A stretch of DNA of 64,000 bases from Bdellovibrionota bacterium FG-1. Its GTDB lineage: Bacteria > Bdellovibrionota > UBA1018. Location: NCBI GenBank assembly GCA_051382295.1, contig JBBCAW010000013.1:32001-96000 (forward strand). Direction: 5' to 3'. The notes beneath the pieces were generated by a model. That model did no database searches and was not told the origin of the DNA. It saw only the letters and a program-made list of their open reading frames with translations. The translations under genes and the position numbers were made by a program. Below, one piece after another: positions 58,328-64,000 of the stretch. Numbering within the stretch: position 1 is the stretch's first letter; each line of letters opens with the position of its first letter.

Positions 58328-59532
58328 TGGGATTTCTTGGCTTCTCACTGGTCAGTTTCATCGCGTTAGTTCGGCTTTTGACACAAAATGTGCCCGGCCA
58401 TTACCGGGTTTTTACGGGTGCCGGCCACGCCATTTGGAATGGCATCAATCCCTATGCTTCCGATTTTGGAACGGGAGTAGGCTATTTTTTTTACTCTCCC
58501 TTTTGCGCGATGACTGTCTTTGGCCCCCTCTCGGTCCTTCCCGAAAAACTCGGCATGGCGATGTACATGCTCATTTCATGGGGCTTTTTTGTCTGGGGCG
58601 TCACCGCTTTTTGGAAAAGATGGGCGCAACCGTCCCACAACCGTTGGCTGCAATGGTTTTGGATCGCAATCGCGCCCCAAATGTTTGGCGGCATCCTCGC
58701 CAGCAAACTAGAAATCATCATTGCCGGACTTCTACTGCTCGCCCTGGCTTGGCTGTATGAGACCCCGAGAAAAACCTGGGCCGCGTGCACTCTGCTAGCG
58801 ATGACCCTCAATTGGAAATTTCAGTCCATCCCAATAGTTGGACTCCTCTCGTTAGCCATGTGGATCATTCGCCGAGATTGGCGAACTCCCGTCCGAATGG
58901 GAGCGATGATTATTGGGCTTTTTCTTTTACCGTTTGCCTTTTTTTCATCCGAGTTTTTGTTTCATGCCCAACAGACGTGGCAATCGAGCCTTTCACGTTT
59001 TGTGGGCGAGGCCTACCTGAATTACGAAAATCTGTTCACCTTCTTACATCAAGGCTTTGGCCTTCCTTTTACCTTCAAAATGACCCAAGTCCTCACCGGA
59101 GTGACGGGTGTCGCCTTTGCCGGCACCTTAGTCGTTTGGCTTCGGACCGTGTCAAAACGCCGGTTCACCCAAGAACAACAGATCCGAGGCGCAATCCTCT
59201 TGGTCACAGCCCTAGGATCCGCCTTCATGACAGCGTTTTCTCCGCTGGGGCAAAACAATGCGTTGATCTTGTATGCTCCACTTTTGCTCATTGGATTTAT
59301 TTTAGGCGCTGATTTGCAGTCCGGGAAAAAAGGTTGGGTCGGGGTCTTAGTCCTGACTTTTGTGGGGATGACGCTACTCTATTCCGACTTAGTACCTTTA
59401 CCCCTCCGAAATGAATTCCGAAACCTTTCCCTCAAGCCGGTTTTTTGCTTGGGCTTGGGAATCGCCATTGTGATCCAAACTTTTTTATTCGCAAAACAAG
59501 GACAAAGAGGGCCAAATCATGTCGCAACCTGA
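58324..59532 (+). CDS. GT-C membrane glycosyltransferase (GT87/DUF2029-like)
   Basis: GINPY...FFYSP motif; many TM helices. Confidence 0.7.
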   Translation: MMGFLGFSLVSFIALVRLLTQNVPGHYRVFTGAGHAIWNGINPYASDFGTGVGYFFYSPFCAMTVFGPLSVLPEKLGMAMYMLISWGFFVWGVTAFWKRWAQPSHNRWLQWFWIAIAPQMFGGILASKLEIIIAGLLLLALAWLYETPRKTWAACTLLAMTLNWKFQSIPIVGLLSLAMWIIRRDWRTPVRMGAMIIGLFLLPFAFFSSEFLFHAQQTWQSSLSRFVGEAYLNYENLFTFLHQGFGLPFTFKMTQVLTGVTGVAFAGTLVVWLRTVSKRRFTQEQQIRGAILLVTALGSAFMTAFSPLGQNNALILYAPLLLIGFILGADLQSGKKGWVGVLVLTFVGMTLLYSDLVPLPLRNEFRNLSLKPVFCLGLGIAIVIQTFLFAKQGQRGPNHVAT

Positions 59533-59824
59533 AACGACGACTGGTCATTGTTGGAAATGTGGACAAGCGCTCACGTTACTGGATTATGGCCGGCAGGACA
59601 GCTGCCGAAAATGCGGCTTAGATACCCGGGTTTGTAAGAACTGCATTCATTACGATCTTGACTACAATAATCATTGCCGGGAAAACCAAGCGGACCGTGT
59701 CGTTGAAAAAGAACGCGCCAATTTTTGCGATTATTTTAAGCCGAAAGCTGGCGGTGGTGCGAATGCCCCCACTCGGGATCACCTCAAGGCTGCGGCCGAT
59801 GCCCTCTTCAAAAAGGGAACCTAA
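59519..59824 (+). CDS. Small Cys-rich zinc-finger protein
   Basis: CWKC, CRKC, CKNC, CRE...ANFCDYF. Confidence 0.8.
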   Translation: MSQPETTTGHCWKCGQALTLLDYGRQDSCRKCGLDTRVCKNCIHYDLDYNNHCRENQADRVVEKERANFCDYFKPKAGGGANAPTRDHLKAAADALFKKGT

Positions 59825-59827
59825 TTT

Positions 59828-60511
59828 ATGCCTCTCGTAGAAACCCGAAATATCAAAAAGTCCTACACCCGTGGCCATCAAGCGGTGGACGCTCTAAAAG
59901 GTGTTTCCCTCAGTATTGATCAAGGTCAGTTTGTTTCTATTATGGGACCGAGCGGTTCCGGCAAAAGCACGCTGATGCATATCATCGGTGGCCTGGATCG
60001 GCCCACCTCCGGTCAGGTGATTCTTTCTGGGCAGGGGATCGAGTCCTACTCCGATGACGAGCTTTCGGCCTTTCGGCGGCGAAGGCTCGGATTTATTTTT
60101 CAATTTTTTAACTTGCTCCCCACTCTCAGCGCCCTCGAAAACGTCGCGTTACCCTTGCTCCTCGACGGCAAGCCCATGCGTGAAATCGCACCGAAAGCCA
60201 CTGAATTACTGACCCTGATCGGCCTAAAAAATCGCATTGATCATCGCCCTGATCAGCTTTCAGGTGGCGAAATGCAACGCGTGGCGATTGCCCGCGCTTT
60301 GGTGACTGATCCCCTTTTGATTTTGGCTGACGAACCCACGGGCAATCTCGACACCAAAACGGGCACCACAGTGTTGGAACTCCTCGCACAAATGGCCAAG
60401 GAACGGGGCCACACCATTTTGATGGTCACTCACGATCCTAAAGCGGCGTCCTTTGGAAATCGTCTGATCACTTTACGCGATGGCCTGATCGAGTCTGATG
60501 GTGCGATATGA
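59828..60511 (+). CDS. ABC ATPase, LolD/MacB-like
   Basis: [26 protein letters not shown]. Confidence 0.92.
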   Translation: MPLVETRNIKKSYTRGHQAVDALKGVSLSIDQGQFVSIMGPSGSGKSTLMHIIGGLDRPTSGQVILSGQGIESYSDDELSAFRRRRLGFIFQFFNLLPTLSALENVALPLLLDGKPMREIAPKATELLTLIGLKNRIDHRPDQLSGGEMQRVAIARALVTDPLLILADEPTGNLDTKTGTTVLELLAQMAKERGHTILMVTHDPKAASFGNRLITLRDGLIESDGAI

Positions 60512-63108
60512 ACCGCAATCTGTTCCAATACGTCGGTCTCAGGCATCTCAAAATGAAGCCGACTCGAACCATCTTAACGACCATTGGAGTTTCGCTCGGA
60601 ATCGCCCTTTATGTTGGAATCGCCATTATCAATCGCTCCACGTTGCATTCTTTCAAGGAGAGCATTGAAGCCGTCGCCGGCAAGGCGACTTTAATCGTGT
60701 CGGCGGGTGAAGCCGGCTTTCCTGAGTATCGCCTTGACCTGATCAAAAAGGTCCCTGGCGTCAAGTACGCAGTACCCATGGTCGAATCCCGCGCTTATTT
60801 TGCGGGCAACAAGGACTCCAGTGAAACCATCACCATTTTGGGCGTGGACTTACTCCAGGAACAAGCCGTTCGAACCTACAAAACCACTGACGAACAAGTC
60901 ATCGATGACCCTCTCGTATTCTTGAACCAACCTGACAGCATCATCATTACTCGCGCTTTTGCGGCCCAACATCACTTCAAGATCGACTCGACTTTTGCAT
61001 TAGCTACGGCTCATGGCACAAAACGATTTACCGTTCGAGGCATGCTCTCGCCCGAGGGGCCTGCCAAGGCCTATGGCGGTGCCATTGCGATCATGGACAT
61101 CGATGGTGCTCGTATGACGTTCGGCAAGGAAGGCAAGATTGATCGCGTCGACGTCGTCACGGTCGCGGGCGAGGACATCGATCAAGTCGCCCAACGGATC
61201 AACCACGCCGTCGGTAGCGGCTACCGCGCCGAACGTCCCGAAACGCAAAATGAAAACATGGAAAGAATGGTCAAAACCTATCAGGTGATGCTGACCTTTT
61301 TCAGCACGCTTGCGTTGCTTGTGGGCTTATTTTTAGTCACCAATTCCGTGAGCATCGCCGTAGCTGAGCGAAAACGTGAAATCGGCACTTTGCGCGCGCT
61401 CGGCGCGACTCGTGGAGGAATTCTCACCCTCTTTCTCTCCGAAGCCGTCGTCATGGGCGCGATGGGCGCTTTTGTGGGGGCCTGGCTTGGGCGGGGTTTG
61501 GCCGCCGTTTTGCTCAGCTTGGTGACCCGCTCGATGTCGTCTCAATACCTCACGCGCATTGATGTCTCGACCCTCCTCTTCGGGCCTGGCGAGGTTTTGC
61601 GTGCTGTCGCTCTGGGTGCAACGGCGGCCTTTCTGGCCGCGCTGTTTCCGGCCTGGCGAGCAACCACGATTGACCCTCTCGAAGCCATGCGCCACCACGA
61701 GGTCGGCGAAAATGCCAACCAACAGGGCTTTTTTCGATACTCACCCTGGATCGGTGTGGGCCTGTTATCTTTCATGGGTTTAGCAACATGGGCCGGCCTT
61801 CCAGTGCGTTTTCAATGGATCGACACCCTTTGCCAGATCTGCGCGATACTGGGATCCGCGTTGCTCGGCCCGACTTTGGTGGTTTTTCTCATTCGCTTGA
61901 TGCGACCCTTGGTTCTACGAATGGGCGGCACGATTTCGCGCCTCGCCCAAGACAATCTGCTGCGCAATCCCAGACGCACCGGAAGCAATGTCATGAGCTT
62001 AATGGTAGGACTCATGCTGACCATCATGATCGCGATCGTCAATGTGAGCTTCCGCATGACCATCACCGATTGGTTCAACCGTATTCTTCGGGCGGATTTA
62101 TTTGTTTCGTCCACGGGACGTCTGATTTCCTATCAAACCCAACCTCAACATGAAGACCTCGGGCCTGAACTTGAAAAAATTCCAGGCATAAAAATGACCA
62201 ACGGAAAGGGCGCCTACGGAATTCGTTTTATCCACGTCACCTATGAGGGACGGCAGCTCGGGATGAAGGCGTGGGATGAACCTGATCCCGCGGCAAATTA
62301 TTCTATTCTCGATGTGCAAGATCGAACGCCGTTCCAAGCAGGGCGGGACCTTTATCATTCGCCGGACCCTACTGTTTTAGTTTCTGAAAACTTTGTACTT
62401 CATTTCAAAAAGAAAACCGGAGACAGCCTCGACTTAGACACCCCTTCGGGACGAAGTTCATTTCGAATCGTGGGGGTCGTCGTGGATTTTGCAGGACCGG
62501 AGGGTATTCTCTATATCGATCGGCAGCTTTATCGCCGAATCTGGCATGATCCCTTGGTCAGCGCTTTTGGACTCAATCTTGCGCCCGGCGCTGATCTAAG
62601 TACGGTTCGACAGGAGATCGATCGTCAATTTGGGCGGGCAAGAAATATTTCAGTCACCTCCAACGCCGAACTGCGCGACCAAATGGTCAGTGTGATCGAT
62701 CAAAGCTTTGCCTATACCCGCGCTATCGAAGGTGCCGCGCTTTTAGTCGGACTTTTAGGCCTCCTCAATACATTGCTGATTAGCGTCATGGAGCGGATGC
62801 GCGAATTAGGAATGCTGCGCGCCGTCGGAATGTCTCGTAGCCAAGTATCCAAAATGATCCTCCAAGAAGCCCTGGTGCAAGGGGCCTTAGGTGCGGTGGC
62901 CGCGGTTGTTTTAGGGAGTGGAATCGCCTACCTGTGGATTAAGTACAGTTTAGCCCACGTTTTGGGTTGGATGATTCATTTTTACTTTCCATGGCTCGCT
63001 GTCGGAGGCACCGTTTTAGTCGGAACGGCTGTTGCTTTATTTGCCGGCTTCTTTCCAGCTAGGCGAGCTTCCCTTCTTGAGATTTGCGAAGCTTTAGAAT
63101 ACGAATAG
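60508..63108 (+). CDS. FtsX/MacB-type ABC permease with duplicated domains
   Basis: ERKREIGTLRALGA and ERMRELGMLRAVG; two periplasmic domains. Confidence 0.9.
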   Translation: MNRNLFQYVGLRHLKMKPTRTILTTIGVSLGIALYVGIAIINRSTLHSFKESIEAVAGKATLIVSAGEAGFPEYRLDLIKKVPGVKYAVPMVESRAYFAGNKDSSETITILGVDLLQEQAVRTYKTTDEQVIDDPLVFLNQPDSIIITRAFAAQHHFKIDSTFALATAHGTKRFTVRGMLSPEGPAKAYGGAIAIMDIDGARMTFGKEGKIDRVDVVTVAGEDIDQVAQRINHAVGSGYRAERPETQNENMERMVKTYQVMLTFFSTLALLVGLFLVTNSVSIAVAERKREIGTLRALGATRGGILTLFLSEAVVMGAMGAFVGAWLGRGLAAVLLSLVTRSMSSQYLTRIDVSTLLFGPGEVLRAVALGATAAFLAALFPAWRATTIDPLEAMRHHEVGENANQQGFFRYSPWIGVGLLSFMGLATWAGLPVRFQWIDTLCQICAILGSALLGPTLVVFLIRLMRPLVLRMGGTISRLAQDNLLRNPRRTGSNVMSLMVGLMLTIMIAIVNVSFRMTITDWFNRILRADLFVSSTGRLISYQTQPQHEDLGPELEKIPGIKMTNGKGAYGIRFIHVTYEGRQLGMKAWDEPDPAANYSILDVQDRTPFQAGRDLYHSPDPTVLVSENFVLHFKKKTGDSLDLDTPSGRSSFRIVGVVVDFAGPEGILYIDRQLYRRIWHDPLVSAFGLNLAPGADLSTVRQEIDRQFGRARNISVTSNAELRDQMVSVIDQSFAYTRAIEGAALLVGLLGLLNTLLISVMERMRELGMLRAVGMSRSQVSKMILQEALVQGALGAVAAVVLGSGIAYLWIKYSLAHVLGWMIHFYFPWLAVGGTVLVGTAVALFAGFFPARRASLLEICEALEYE

Positions 63109-63113
63109 CCCCC

Positions 63114-63977
63114 ATGTACAAGCACAATCGTCAGCAAGTAGATATCAGTTCCTTGACTGGGTTTGCGGTGCTCGTTTTTGTGAGTTTAACTTTTGCATTC
63201 CTGGCTGTTTGGCATTCTGCAAGAGCAGACTCACTCACGGCTAAGGACATCATGACTCGAAACGAGGACGCCCGCAAAGTCGATGACGTAATTGCGACCG
63301 CTTCAATCACCACAGGGGGGGGGGGCTCCGCCGAAAGGGTCAAAACGTTTACCTGGTGGCGAAAGCTCATGGCAGACCGAGTTCATTTTAACACCCTTAC
63401 GCGTTTCCACACTCCCGCCGAAGTTCGCGGCGAGGGAATTTTATTTGTGGAGCACGATCATGACGAGAACGACGTGCAGATGTACCTCCCCGCCTTCAAA
63501 AAAGTGAGACGGGTGGAGAGCCAAAGCCAAAGTGGCAGTTTCATGGGAAGCGAATTCAGCTATGCTGATATCGCAACCCCTCATGTCGATGATCACCACT
63601 ACTCGTTGCAAAAGGAATCTGAATGCCCCATCGATGGCGGTAAAACCCTGCGCTGTTACGTGGTCGAAGCAACGCCCGTGTCTGAAGCGGTCAAGGAGCG
63701 GACCGGCTATTCAAAAACAATTGAATGGGTTCGACCTGATAACTTTATGGCCGTTAAAGGTGAGTTTTTCGACAAAGAGGGCGTCCTCTGGAAAAAAATG
63801 GAAGCTCATCAGATCAAAGAAGTAGATACCGCCAAGCATAAATACATAGCTCACCAAATCCGGATCGAAAATGCCAAAAGCGGTAAGTTCACCCTCCTGG
63901 AATTTTCGGAAGTCAAGGTCAACACCGGCATTACGGATTCCATTTTTACCGTCCAAAATCTTTCTCGTGAAAAATAA
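63114..63977 (+). CDS. Outer-membrane lipoprotein-sorting (LolA-like) protein
   Basis: Signal peptide; MYLPAFKKVRRV, SFMGSEFSYAD, VNTGI...FT..NL. Confidence 0.85.
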   Translation: MYKHNRQQVDISSLTGFAVLVFVSLTFAFLAVWHSARADSLTAKDIMTRNEDARKVDDVIATASITTGGGGSAERVKTFTWWRKLMADRVHFNTLTRFHTPAEVRGEGILFVEHDHDENDVQMYLPAFKKVRRVESQSQSGSFMGSEFSYADIATPHVDDHHYSLQKESECPIDGGKTLRCYVVEATPVSEAVKERTGYSKTIEWVRPDNFMAVKGEFFDKEGVLWKKMEAHQIKEVDTAKHKYIAHQIRIENAKSGKFTLLEFSEVKVNTGITDSIFTVQNLSREK

Positions 63978-64000
63978 TATCGCCCTTGTTTATGCGGCGC

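Noticed and set aside
20..63956. Many antisense and alternate-frame ORFs in the track (e.g. 16408-17031, 33742-34371, 24141-24731)
   Set aside because: Shadows of well-supported genes, with no motifs or RBS
1..64000. CRISPR array, cas genes, tRNA or rRNA
   Set aside because: No regularly spaced repeats or recognisable RNA gene motifs seen; the 36-bp repeat has only two copies 442 bp apart

Overview
Bacterial chromosomal window, most likely from a Bdellovibrionota-type predator (inferred from a hit/RHS-tad gene order matching Bdellovibrio). Housekeeping content: leucine catabolism (liuBCD-like), potABC, dppBC-like, nagZ, an LPS/glycan cluster, carB and a LolD/FtsX/LolA-like ABC exporter. Four regions stand out. 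(1) A 4,545-bp TGT...ACA transposon (14658-19202) with 26-bp imperfect terminal inverted repeats. It encodes a Zn-ribbon/HTH protein, a DDE transposase with a Mu-type C-terminus, an ExeA-like AAA+ ATPase and, unusually, a RepA/AAA_25 helicase followed by a GTTCCC/GGGAAC palindrome. No target-site duplication is visible. (2) A contiguous ~17-kb minus-strand Tad/Flp pilus cluster (23417-40457) with three FHA-domain membrane proteins, a degenerate PP2C, a CpaE-CpaF fusion, an RHS protein and a small sigma54-driven secreted protein in the position of Bdellovibrio hit. (3) A tandem pair of secreted proteins with BPI/LBP-like signatures (9428-12897). (4) A ~0.4-kb sigma54 microprotein cassette bracketed by a 36-bp duplication of the potC 3' end. 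Several genes look leaderless and several secreted-protein genes are interrupted. No rRNA, tRNA or CRISPR array was seen. All calls come from reading the sequence and ORF track by eye; no searches were run.
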